64,000 nt of DNA, taken from the NCBI GenBank assembly GCA_029953675.1, contig JAMWBK010000003.1, positions 930,001-994,000 on the forward strand, in the 5' to 3' direction. The notes under the pieces are model-generated. The model was not told where the DNA came from. It did not search any database and saw nothing but the letters and a program-made list of their open reading frames with translations. How positions within the stretch are numbered: the first letter of the stretch is position 1; each line of letters opens with the position of its first letter. Of the stretch, positions 47,206-61,125 are shown one piece after another. Origin of the DNA: Rhodosorus marinus CCMP1338. Its lineage: Eukaryota; Plantae; Rhodophyta. The translations under genes and the position numbers were made by a program.

Positions 47206-49607
47206 TTAGACGGTGATGTTGAAGGAGAGTCCCAGATTCGCTGGTCCAACCCCAGCCGTGAATCCTGATTTTCAAATGCACCGCGGTCATACAAACAGGG
47301 TTAGCCGCGTGAAGCATCGTTTAGTCTCGTTAAAGAGGGCTTACCGTTTGGTCCAAGCAGAGATGACTGCTCATCGGGCACCATCGAGATCTGAATGTTC
47401 GTTCGACCTTGCTGGTATCTGAAATTCCAACAAGCGAGGATCATTTTAGAAGTGTTGTAGGATGACCGGGATACTTGCAATCGTGATCTTACCCAACGGA
47501 AATGTTCACATTGCTGTCTGGAGGTCGGTAGGCCGCTCCCACATTCCAGTTCCCACTAACTCCACCATAGTGCTGTTGCTGGATCTGCTGCATGCGAGTT
47601 TCCTGCATTTGCAGATACCTAATTGCTTGCCGGCTTTCTTGCGCAGCCTATGTACCACCATCCACATAAGGAAGAAAGTTGATTCAGGAACATCCACAGC
47701 GAACAAAACGACACCTCTTCCAATCAACATACCGCGAGCTGCTGGTCGTAGAGCCTTGTGCGCTGCTTGGAATACTCCTCCATGTAGGTATGGAGCGCTT
47801 TTCGCTCGTTCTCATAGCTCCAGTTGCTTCCAGGCATCACCGACTCATCAGCATCCATACCAAATTGGTTATCAACCTGGTAGAAAATGAAGTCCGTTGG
47901 CGAACCTCCTTCATCTGTGCTGCCCTTGAACGTAGCAATCGCTTTGTCCTTAAGCAGAAGGATCTGCTTTTTGAAGACTGCGTGGAGATTTGCATGTAAG
48001 AAGGTAACCAATTCTTGCTTCTTCCTCTGGACTGACGGGTCTTCCTCAAACCTAGAGAAATTAGTAACTTACTATATGAGAAACATCGAAGTGAAAGTGC
48101 TGTGTCAAGAAAAAGCGGGCAAGGAGCTTACTCAGATGTTTCACCGCTGAAGATCTCAAAGGCATCAGAAAGTACTTTTGCGCTCGTTTGGCCTAGAGAT
48201 TGGATCTTCTCTCCCATGTCCAGCTTCTCCTCGAGTGCGGCCTGCATGAAGACAAGACATACAGACAGCGCCTGGGCTTAGATCCCGCTTCCAAGAGGTC
48301 CGATCCACCACAGTTCTAGAGCTTCTCATGAGCTCTGAGAACAAAACTAAAAGTGAATGACTGGGTTCATGACATACTATTTCGTCGTGAGCGTTCTGGA
48401 ACGCAGCAGAAAATGCAAGATCACTCTTGACAACCGCATCGCTCTTTCCGGGAACTAAATCTGCTGCTGTTGCTCCAGGAGTCCTCTGGTACACCACCTC
48501 CCACAGGTTTTTTGCGTACGCAGACAAACCAGCAGCTGGGATGCCTAGAGTTCATGAACAAGTAAAGTAGTCATCTGTTAGCCGCAATCTGGAGAACTCC
48601 TTGGCACGGTTCTCAATTGCAAACTGTCGGAGAGAATCGGAGATGTACGTACTCTTTGAGTACTGCTCTTTGAAATAGACAGTTCTGGCTGGATCAAAGT
48701 TATCCCTCGCCGTCGCAAGAGCTGCTTCAAATTCATCCGCCATGTAACGAATATGAGGGAGCGCAATCAATTCCATATCAAACACTTCGTCTACGGATCC
48801 AGGTCCGCTTAGTCGCTCCCAAGTCTCCTGAGCGTCGGATACGAGCTTGGACTTGATCGATGAGCTGCTGGAGTCTTCATCTACGTCGTGGACAACGAAA
48901 AGCAGAAGGGACTTGATACTTCCACCACTTCTCCGGGCCTTAGCCTGCTCGTTCATAATCGCCTCAAGGCAAGTGTACGTAGCTGAGTTTACGCGGCCGA
49001 GATCATGATGCCACATATTCACAATCACCACGTCGGACAGAGAAGCCGCGAATCCACTGCACTTGGTGAGGAAAGTCTTGCCACTGCTTCCACGGTCACG
49101 TGCATCAGCACCTATAAACGAAAAACAAAACAAAATCCTCAACATTTAGGACTGATTGATATTATTTCTCTTAGGGCAAGTCTTTCCCTTTCGCTTTCTC
49201 GAGCTAGGAAGAACACAACCGCTAACCTTCGACATCTAAAGCTACGATGAGCCTATTTTCAGCTGGTTTCGAGGCAATGATTCCCTTTGTGGTCGAGGAC
49301 CCAATCGACCCCCTCTCGGCCACCTCAAACTCGGTTCCAAAGATAGCATTCATGAACGATGACTTGCCAGATCCCTGTCCACCAAGGATACTAACCACCA
49401 TAATCGAATCCTCACCCAATCGATCATCTTCCTCGAACCTACGAAAGATAGACCAACATCAACAATCGCGCAACGCAAGAGAGCAAAGTTTTTCTTTCCC
49501 TCAAAACACCAAAGGTACAAACAAACGATTCAAAAATGACGTCCTTACCAAAAATCCTCGGGTCTAATTTCCCCAGACTCATTCACAACCTGCACGATCT
49601 CAGACAT
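47206..49607 (-). CDS. Atypical RHD3/Sey1 (atlastin-like) GTPase, about 9 exons, with no C-terminal TM hairpin
   Basis: VQVVNESGE; G1 VVSILGGQGSGKSSFMN; G2 TTKGI; G3 LDVEG|ADARDR; SDVVIVNMWHHDLGR; LLFVVHD; IPAAGLSAYAKNLWE; WSYENE. It ends ...YQQGRTNIQISMVPDE...GFTAGVGPANLGLSFNITV* (TAA at 47206-47208). Confidence 0.85.
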
Positions 49608-51137
49608 CTTGACACAGAGATCTTCTAAAAAAAAATTCCCTAGATCAAAACCTCTTAAAAAATCGAGCTCTCCCCTTCCTCCCTGCCTCTTTCCTTATCT
49701 CACTATCTAACAGAGACGCTCTCGTCACATACCACTACCCACCTTCCCCTCCCAATCCCAATTGAATACCTCTCCCACAAACATCAACACCCAAGAACCA
49801 CTCCAGAAACTAAAATCCTCCAATTCCAATCCAGAAAGCCACATCCCCTCAAACCACTGCTAGTTTCCCACAATCTCGTATCGTCTCAGATGCCCCCCCT
49901 TTTCCAGTTCTCGTCGACCAAGACAAACCAAAAAATAAAACATAGTAATCCTAACATATCTTTAAAATAGAACTATTCTGCTCTTAAATATATTAACTAG
50001 GTTCTTACAAAGGGTGATCCGATGCAAAAAAAATTCCACTGCTTTTTTATGTTTTAGTTTACCCCTCCTTAGCACAACAATTAGGAGGTATTTTATACCT
50101 CAATTTGATATATAGAATTTAGTTTTTATGTAGGGAGGGTATCTTTTTAGGTATAAGGAGGAAGTCCGTCTACCCTACCTGTAAGACGGGGTGGAGAAGT
50201 ATATGATGTTAAATTCATCTAAAATATTATAGCACCAAGTTTTGGGGGTTTAAGGGAATGGGAGCACGGTCGTCGACTCGTGCAAATAAGAGATTCAGTC
50301 AATATATCGTCGAGAGGCATCGAATTGGATGAAATTTATATTTTCAATAATGCATGGACATATCCTGTTCACGGAAATTATTACAAAGGATTGCGTGGAT
50401 AATGACTGAGTAAACCCTTTTTTAATGTGTTCGCTTCAACGCGATTTGTTGTTTTCTCTTGATGTACGGAAGAAAAAACTGGACGGAGTTTTCCCACACT
50501 TTTCGCAGGCCTTGAAAACTATTCTACAATTCATGAATTTTGCTTGAGATTTCTATTGGTCGGAAGTAAAGCTATGGACGCGTGTCAATGCATGAGTGTT
50601 CAATAGACTTGCTGGTCTCGGGAATCCAGAGGATGGTCGCTGCTCAGCACCGAAGACCCCGGGAGCTTGAGACATTCTCAGTTTATTAAATCCTTCAGCG
50701 ATGAGAGATGGACTGCGATTTCCCAGAAGTAGTTCCATTCCGAGTCCTTCAAACTTTCGGGATTCAACAGAGGTTTCAAACTCTTTCTCCTCCGCGCAAG
50801 CTCAACTAATTAACCACCACTGGAAGTCAATATACAACAAAACTCGCTTCTTCTTTTCGAAGAAGAAATACCACAAAAAACAATTGCGCACTATCCCAAC
50901 CGAGGCCAAACCAAACAACCACCGTCGGGCATGATCATCTAATATGGTTTCTAGCAGCACTAGATATGAAGAAACCATTGACACGCTCTAGACCTGCAAT
51001 GTGAAACGGCGCGATCACCACGGCGATCGGCGCCCACCCCCCACTACACGAAGCCCTCGCTGTCGGCATCCTTGTTTCGCACGGGAGCTCCTCGCTACCA
51101 CTCTAACTGGTATCACGGGTGGACCCCTTTCTGTCAT

Positions 51138-52882
51138 CTATTCGAGTTTTTCAACAAGCCTGCGAACGCGCGTGAACGAGGAGAACGCTGTCAGGGACTT
51201 CCCTCTATTAAAGGCATTCCTTCCACTAGTGGTCGACGGTGTCACATACTTAGCCAGCCTGAAGTTCATCAGCAAATTGCGCGCAGCCTTGCTGTGATTG
51301 TAAGTCTCTCCATTGAAAGCCAGAGTGGCGTCACGACCTTTCCAGAACTTCAAGATTTGTGGTCCACCAGGATGATGGGCAAGGAAATCATCAACCTAAA
51401 AGCATCAGCAGACCACCACGAACTGGTATTGAGATTCTGCCTCCCAAAAACCTCTGGGCAATGCGCCAGCTAGCATACCTTGTAGACGATGTTCTCAATG
51501 ACTATTAAGAGTTCACCTTCCTCCGTTCTCCGTCTCACATCTTGCCAGGTCATTTCGTCCAGCGTCTCAATAGGACGTCCCCAATCGATCTCCTTCTTCT
51601 GCTGGTCTAACTCCTGTTGCTTCACCTGGATTCTCGCTTTCTTAATTTCATTGTCTGGGAAGACCAGCAGGCTCGAAGTCATTCCAAGTCTGTAACCATC
51701 GAAAACACCGAGGTAAGAATGCGAACGTCTTTGCCGATTCTTGATCTCCTTGAAATCTGGCACAGGACACACTTACAGGTTGCACAAAGCAATGACCCAC
51801 TTGGTCGGATCATACTGGTACCATCTAATGCCGTTCCTGTAGTCATGAGGGAATTCATGGTGATAGTTGTGATAGCCTTCCCCGAAGGTAACTAGCGCGG
51901 TAATGATATGGTCATAGGATGTGTGTTCCTGAATATTCGAAAAGAGACAGTTCGTCATCTGAAGATTGAGGATGAGCCTATTGGCTATCTGAGACAACAT
52001 ACGGTCGAGTAGGTCTGGCTCCCCAGCGTGTGAGCGAGGGAGTTGACACAGAAGGTTGCCTGGTGAACGATGAACATTCTACCCATGCAAGCATACACCA
52101 CACCTCCCCAGAAGTCATTCCAGCAAAACGAGGACACCACAACCGGCAGAACGAACGCAAAGCCAATCGCGATTGGCAGGTAATTCTTGTGTTGCCACAT
52201 TATGAGTTTGTCCTCGTTCAAATCGGTGATATCGACACGGCCCGAGCGCCCCTTTTCCTGCTTGAACACCATCCAGCCAATATGAGCGTACCAGAAGCCC
52301 TTGTGAACTGCATACGGGTCCTACGCCGAAAATCATGGAATTCAGATCAGGCTCATGCGGGAAAATTTGGTAAATCTCCAGTACCTTCTCGGTGTCCACA
52401 TATCGGTGATGAGCTCTGTGGTTTCTACACCACCACCTGATGGAGCCTTCAAACGCTGCAGCACCCCAGCACGCGAGCACCAGCTGTGTAAACATTCCGG
52501 CTTTGTAGCTCTTATGGGACCACAGTCTATGGTATCCTGCAGTAATGCCAAGTCCACTGAGAATATACTGAGCAAGCGCGAGTACAAGCGTCTGCCACTT
52601 GAGCTCAACAAAGAACATGCCCGCTACGAAGGCAATCAAGGGCGTGAAGATAATAGTCGTGGACAACCAGTTTATCCTTTGAAAGAAGGGCAGATCCTTC
52701 AGATCTCCATCTGTGACATACTTAGACGACTTCGTTTTCTCGTAAACGAGGCCATGGTTCGCGTCATACACATGATCCGCCGCAGCTACCATTCTGTCAA
52801 CGTAACCCCAGACAATACAGAAGGAGTACAACACTACAAACCCGACTAGAACCCCGATCAGCAACTACCTGAATATCCACAT
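51138..52882 (-). CDS. OLE1: Acyl-CoA delta-9 desaturase fused to C-terminal cytochrome b5 (OLE1 type), about 6 exons
   Basis: His boxes [21 protein letters not shown] and GEGYHNYHH; [15 protein letters not shown]; b5 domain HHPGG...GRDAT. The start is either ATG 52882 (with an intron) or ATG 52792. Confidence 0.94.
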
Positions 52883-54924
52883 TGTGAAGTACTCTACCAC
52901 ACGCTCCAACCCTTCTCCCACAACCCCTTCCCTACTTCCAACTTCGCAAATAAGAGACCAAGGCTCACAGGCAAATGGTATTTCCGTCCGCCAAAATCGG
53001 TCTACAGCGTCACCACCTCTTGATTCGCTAAAACAACATAAAATCTATTGTAATGATTGAAACCAAACTATTCAGGCAATTATCATCTAATATACTACAT
53101 CCGAGTCACAACCGTACTCATAATCTGTAAATAATTAGAAATAATATTGATTGATATTTGACAGTTAAAATATTCTTTTTGGCTGTTTCACGGAAAGTCT
53201 CAACAAGGGATGAATACCACTCACTGGCCAGCGCTGGCAGGCCCAAAATTCAGGACTTCTGCTCGTGGTACTCAATAGCTTGAAAAAGTTTTATTCTATT
53301 TAAAATACCAGCTCATGGAGGTCAGGAGACGACTGTTCGACAACCAAAATCAATCCCTCCCCTTCCCCCCCCCAAATATTTTTTGTCTGGGGATACCCTT
53401 CCCATTTGTTGAAAAACGCCTAGGGCCCTATCAGAATCGGATATTTAATGAATCATATTTAGTGGAAAAGATTTGATGGGATCATAAGGATATTAACAGC
53501 AGTGGAACCAGGGTTCAAAGATTCCTTTCCAGTCCCCTAAATATTCTCCGGCTGGGCCAATGATCCATTCCCACCCCCCAACCCCCTCACGCGCTTCTTG
53601 GCGATCCCTCGAAATGTACTGCTTGCTCGATGGAGAGAGCGAATCATATATATTTACATATATATATTTCATGTAAAATTAGATTGCCAGTACCGGTTAA
53701 AGGAAAAGCAGTTGCGAAATTCTTCTTTTCATAATTCTGTATTGGATCATATGATTGAGGCTTTTTTTTTTTTTTTTTTTTTGAGCGCGCCAATAAAGCA
53801 GTGGTCAATGGATCGAAATTCGTTCAAATGAGGAAAATGTATGGCTCAAAAAATATCGAGATATTTAGCTAACTCGTTAAGACCATATGCTTTCTGGTTT
53901 GAAAGGTTACTCAATTTCAAGAGATATTATTGAGGGGTTATGTGAATCGTCAATATTCAAATTGAAACTTCTAATTATATTATTAATACATGAGTTAACC
54001 TTGAATGGTACTTCTATCTACCCCTGTTGGGTAGTATTTTGTTTGGAGAGGAGCGGAGCGCTGTATCGCAAGCCGACGGAAAGCATTGATTTTAGTTCTA
54101 CAAAATGGACGGTTGGTCGTTTGGATGTTTTGATGAGTGGCCTTTTCACGAGTTTGGTGATTGAATTATTTTTACCTTCAATGTTTTTCTTTTGAATGCT
54201 GGGTGTTGTTGAATGATCGAACGGTTCCCGATCAGCTCGCGTGAGGTCTAAACGCCGTGCAGGCGAAACGTCCACTGAAGCCCGCCATTGGAAGAGACTC
54301 ACGCTAGTTCCGTTGCACCTAATACCCTGACTGCTGCAACTCTATTGAGATAGTTGGTGGGCGTTGAAGAAAAAAAGGCCTGAACGCATTTCAACTTGGG
54401 TATGGTTTAGGATCCGCCACCAAACAGCCCGCCCTCACAGTGCAGATCATCCTGAGAGCGCCGAATGGTAGAGCAATGGCATTGGAAATCTTATCCAGAG
54501 CCTTCCTTGAGATTGTGCATGATTGCAATGAAGCTCGTCCACGAGAACTCCCCGGCGCTGTCCTGTGAGGGTTATTTGGTAGAACTTCGAGCGCACAGCA
54601 CCCCTCTCTCTGCCTTGGCAAACGTGTGCTGTCCCGGGAGTAGTCTGTCTAGTCTGGAGATGTGCAGGTCCTGACAGAGAATATGGTAGTCTTCCTTGCC
54701 ATTTCCCCAGCAGATTCCAGAGCCTTTGCCTCCATTTTGAAACTTAGATAGTTTATTGTTACATTACATTCTACATACATGCGAAGTACAGATCTAGCAC
54801 AAACGCTCAGCATTCAAACTGCTCGCACTGAAAGGCTCAAGGCGAGCAGCTTGAAAGCTGAGCGGGGAGATAAAAGTATGAAGTTGTCCAAAATTGCCAA
54901 ATAACGTATTGATCCACTCACATC

Positions 54925-56103
54925 CTACAAAGCATTGTTCTTACCTTTCTCTCCCCACGGTTTCAATTTAACCTCAACCGGAGTTCGAGTTCTTGGACGG
55001 GCTTGGACTGCTTGTGGCTCGGTTCGTGGAGGGCGTCTCCTTGGCTGCTTGTGCATGTAATAGCACACAATGCCTTCTACGCAGTAGCCATTGGTCAGCT
55101 CATTTGGACACTGAAGCAAGTGCTTTCTCCTGCAGTTTTCTCCATCCGGGCAATATCCCTGCGAATCTGCATATTAGAAAAGCCTGGCTTCAAGGTAGGC
55201 TAGGCAAATAGTCCAAACTAACCACGACTGAATATCCTTCACAAAGGGATGCCTCTTCTCCATTGTAGACGTGAAGAAGCGGGCAATCCGTATGTGGGCA
55301 AATCGCTTCGAGGAACTTCTCGCACACTGGAATACGCTTCTTATCGGCTACATGCGCAAGCAAGCATTGCTTGTCTAAGCATGAGCTCATCAGATAGTTC
55401 AGACAAACAGACTTCTGTGATTGCGGAACGGTACAAGACGCAGAAAACGAACGTAGCTCTCACAACCTTCATACCCAGATACTGCAGAGAACTTTTTTTG
55501 CGTATTGGACTCCTCGCACCTTCTGTGGATCGTGATTCAAAGTACACTTCCTCTTATCACACTCTCCAAACCTCTGAAAGTTGAAACAGAAGTGCTTGTC
55601 CTGGTTGGTGACAGCTTGTTGAAGCGCTTTCGGGTTTACGTTTCCCTTCAGATTGACTTCGGAGTTCTTGGTCTTTTTCTGTATGCTTTGGGACAGTTTA
55701 GAGATCTCTTTTCTTAGCTCCGCTGTTTTTTTCTGCTTCAGTTGTAGTTGGAGGTTTGAACTTGTCGCATTTCTAGAAGTCTCAACCACCGCGGATGGTG
55801 GCTTCTGGCTTGAACCCTGCAGGCACAAAGAAACGAAGAGAAAGCACCCGGAAGAGCCGCAAAAGCAGTGAGCGAACGATCTTTCAACTCGCCTCCCTTA
55901 AGCCTGAGCACCCGTTCTGCTCCTCTTAAGGAACGGAAACCAAAGAGACCGAAGGGCAGCTCATAGGACCGAAGCGAGTCCAGCGGCAGTCTCACCCAAG
56001 GAGAATCTCGTGAGCTTTTGGACCCCTTCTGCGCCTTCAGCTTGGAAGCCAAGCGCTTGATTTTCTCTTGCAGTTCCTCTCGCTTCCTTTTTTCGTCAGA
56101 CAT
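54925..56103 (-). CDS. Tandem CCCH zinc-finger protein (ZC3H3/Red5-like), multi-exon; 3' end uncertain
   Basis: Five fingers: CFNFQRFGECDKRKCTLNH, CLNYLMSSCLDKQCLLAH, CEKFLEAICPHTDCPLLH, C...GYCPDGENCRRKH, CPNELTNGYCVEGIVCYYMH. N-terminus MSDEKRKREELQEKIKRL. Confidence 0.8.
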
Positions 56104-56706
56104 AATCTAAATATGTACATAAGGCACTCCTAGCTCCTCGGCTTGCTCGACAGCTCCCACGTCCCTCGACTTCCCACAGAGAGGAAGATTCTTCTAAACA
56201 ACTGGTTCGTTCATGTTCCACGGACACGTGGAATTCATTAGTTGGCTTATTCCAGTTTGGCGTGGGGATGGCGTTTAGTCTGCCGTGGACTTGGCCTGAA
56301 AAGTCTAAATTTGGCTGTCGTGGGCGGAAGATCGAAGGCTGTTCGATGCAATTTCTTTCTGGAGTTTCGTGTTGACGTACACTCCCACCCACAAAGCAAC
56401 CACGTGATACCATTTTATTCCCACGTACTGGGAAGTTCCGCCCTCAGCAACCCGGCGGTGGTCGCTTCTTGGGTTAAGATTTTTGCTTTTGTGGGATGAT
56501 CGATGATATTTGGCAAGCATAACGGTTCTGGAAGTGGCTCTAAGTTCCGTTCTAAATCACCTACTTCTTTGCATCCGCACGTCGGACGTTGCAAGATCGT
56601 GGAGAGTCTTTCATTCAAGACATCAAGTTTTCCTTGATACTACGCAGCTACATCACAATACCTGTCTAACGCACTCACCACAAGTACAATGGCGAAAAGC
56701 AACTCT

Positions 56707-57819
<1,113 letters not shown>

Positions 57820-59067
57820 TCAAAAGTTTTAAGTATCAACAAGATCCTTTACAATTATCAAATGATCTCCTCTCCAAGCCTTTGAGTTTCACCCTCCCCC
57901 GCCCAAGCCCCGATCAGATTCTATTCTACTCTCCAACTCTATAAATCTATGCATGTCACACGTCAACGTCCGAGTGACGGGTGGGAAAAAAAAAAGAAAA
58001 GAGAGCCTCATTTTAACGGAAATCGATGGCTTCTCTACCCCTCAGGGACTCTTTGAGGAACCAAAGCTGGATATGAAATGTAACTTATAAAAATAGCCTT
58101 TTTGCATTTGCGGGAGGTTTCTTAACCCGTCAGAGGCAGACATCCTTCCCATTATCTCAAATTCGAGCACTCTTAGGGAACCCCCGTCCTCTTGAATTTT
58201 TAAACTTTCTTCCACAGGTTAGGGGTGTAGATATATTCGTATCCAGTTGGAAACAAGAAAAACAGGAACTATTTCTAACACATACAATTTTTCACCTTTA
58301 GAAAAAGGTTTTTTTGCGAAATATCTCCAGCTGTAACCAATTAATAGGCAGTTAATTCTGAGAACTCGGATATCAGCCAATGACGATGAAGAATTGGTCT
58401 CTTGATTGTGTTAGAACTCTTCGGGGGGAGGTTCTCACAGATTGGTTGTGACAAGGACAAACTGTCCCTTCCGTCGGATTTTTTATATACAAAATTTGTT
58501 TTCATCGCTCAACTGTATAACCACCGATCCCCATCGACGACGAGTGGGTTATAAATTTACACTATTCAAATATTAATGTCATATTATTGATGTGGTATTG
58601 ATTATACAGGTAATGATATGGAATACTTGGTTATATATTGAACAAACAGAAGGGGTTACGCTCTGCTGATCGGGATGAATAGTATCATTCATGTTTTTTG
58701 GAGAAAATATGTCGATTTTGTTTCGCTTAGTAGAAATGAGGTGGTGCAAAATAGTGTGCTATGTGGTAACAGTGTGCGTGTACAGTGAGGAAGGCTTTGA
58801 ACCAGAGTGAGAAGGAATGCAATATGGCTCAAGGGCAATAGATTTCGCCCACAAAGTCCTGCACGGGCGTGCGAGTGAAAATGGTGCCATGAGGAAACTT
58901 GAAAACTGAGCTGATTAACGCGTACTGGTCGATACTATATAAGATCTGCAACGGTGGAAACATGTAACCCGCAGCTCTAGGCTGGGCAAAGACCAGCTTT
59001 GTAATGAGTTGGGCTCCGGACAACAGCCTCGGATGCTAAGAAGCAGACATCTCTTTTGATACGGAAA

Positions 59068-60322
59068 ATGGTGATTGCAACCGATACTGAGATGCCAACT
59101 ACTCGCCAAGTCGTGAGGCTTGGGATCATCGGCGCTGGGCGCATTGGACAAGTCCATTGCTTGGCTCTGTCGAGAAACCCCAAGGCGGAAGTCGTGATTG
59201 TCGCTGATTTCTTTGTCAAGGCGGCTGAGGCCTGCGCGCAGAAGTTTGGCATTCCGTCCGCTGTTCAGGTAGGTTTGCTTCTTGCTTGCAGTGTTTGCGC
59301 TTGTTGCCGTCTCCTTTCGAGCCGTTGCTAATTATGTTTTCTGCTTGGTCGTGCCGCGCTGAACAGGACTGGAAGGATGTGATAAGGAACCCAGCTGTGG
59401 ATGGTGTAATCATCTGCTCACCGTCGGACACGCACCATGAGATTATACTGGGAGCAGCGAAAGCTGGAAAGCACATTTTCTGCGAGAAGCCAATCGACTA
59501 CAACCTGAAGAGAATCGATGAGGCACTTGCGACTGTTGCGCAATCCGGAGTGAAATTCCAGCTTGGATTCCAGAGACGTTTTGACGCAAACTTCCAGCGA
59601 GTCCGACAAGCGGTTCAAGGGGGTAAGTTGGCATTTTGGGGAAGCAAGGTGATTGTCTGTTTGTGCAGTCTATAGAGATTGGGAATTAATGAAATCGTCT
59701 TTTCTTTGCTGGCTCAGGTGAAATTGGAGAGCCGTTCATGCTGAACATCAAATCATTCGATCCGGCGCCGCCACCGCTCGCGTACTTGAAGCAGTCTGGC
59801 GGACTTTTCTTTGACATGATGACACACGATTTCGACATGGCTCGGTTCGTAGTTGGCAGTGAGATTACTGAAGTTACGGCCACGGCGACTTCATTTGACA
59901 AGGAGATTACAGCTATTGGGGACATCACAACAGCAATTGTGTCGCTGAAATTTGAGAACGGAGCAGTTGGGGTTATCCAGTGTTGCCGCAAGGCTGTGTA
60001 CGGATATGATCAGCGCCTGGAAGTTTTGGGATCTGAGGGAGCAGTGGACATTAACAATAACTATCCGAACACTGCGACTGTATACGGCGCAGACAAGATC
60101 AAGCGTGACTTGCCGCTAAACTTTTTTATGGACAGATACAAGCAAGCATACGAGGATGAGATGATTTCCTTTGTGGACGCCGTTGCAAACGATACTCCGA
60201 CCGCAGTGACGGGAATGGATGGAAAAATCCCGGTCGTTCTTGCTTTTGCAGCGACGAAATCCCTGCAGGAGAATAGGACTGTGAAAGTGAACGAAATTCT
60301 GTATGGCAAATCTGTTATGTAA
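59068..60322 (+). CDS. iolG: myo-inositol 2-dehydrogenase (IolG, Gfo/Idh/MocA family), 3 exons
   Basis: IIGAGRIG, HIFCEKP, GFQRRFDANF, SFDPAPPP, GGLFFDMMTHDFD, YGYDQRLEVLGSEG, FFMDRY. Confidence 0.93.
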
Positions 60323-61125
60323 AATGATTTATTCTTTTCTTCGGTTTCAACCCACTGGTACGGGCAAAATATCCCGTTATCCTGTTCTCGTTGTACAGTT
60401 CGCCCATACACCATTAAAGCACTCTAGCCCGGAATACAGTCCTCGGCTTTTAGCTCACCCTTTCGACGACCTCTTCCTGTTCAGCGGACAATCGCACGGT
60501 CAACAGGATCACACGTACTTGAATAATAGAAAATTTAATGAGGGTTCTCCATCAATCCATCCTTTCTTCCAGGCTAAATTCCAATAAAAACGCCCTCAAT
60601 AATGACTGATAACCAATATTTATTTATTGATATTATATATACACAGCAGCAGTATCGAACAAACATTTGAAAATATGCAGTCATTTTTGAATCATCGGAT
60701 TTAGCGGAATCTTCCAAAATGTTGAGCTTGATTCTTCATCAACTAGAGAATCTAATATATAAAATCAAAATAAATATGAATATTGGACCATATTCTAGAA
60801 TATCTAGATATAAAATGGTATTGAATTGTCTTATTATGTGGGTCTCGAAGAATTGTGTATCTAGTTGGAAAATGGCATTTGTACTTATTTGAAGAATTGT
60901 GATAGGTAAAGATGAAGATCTCGAGGATACGCGATGGTTTGAGTGGGGCCGCAGCCACAATCGCCATCGAAAAATTTCTCATGAGGTAGGAAGTGGATGG
61001 TAGGTATAGAGAGTGGGTACTGAGGACTGCTTGAGTGGAAAGTTTCTGAAGATGAGAGAGTTCGGGCTTTTTTTTTCGGACTGTGAGGAAACGATAGTTT
61101 AAATGTGTTAGCAGAGAAGTTGAAT

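Noticed and set aside
53762-53782. (T)21 as a retroelement poly(A) tail
   Set aside because: No target-site duplication or element body was found.
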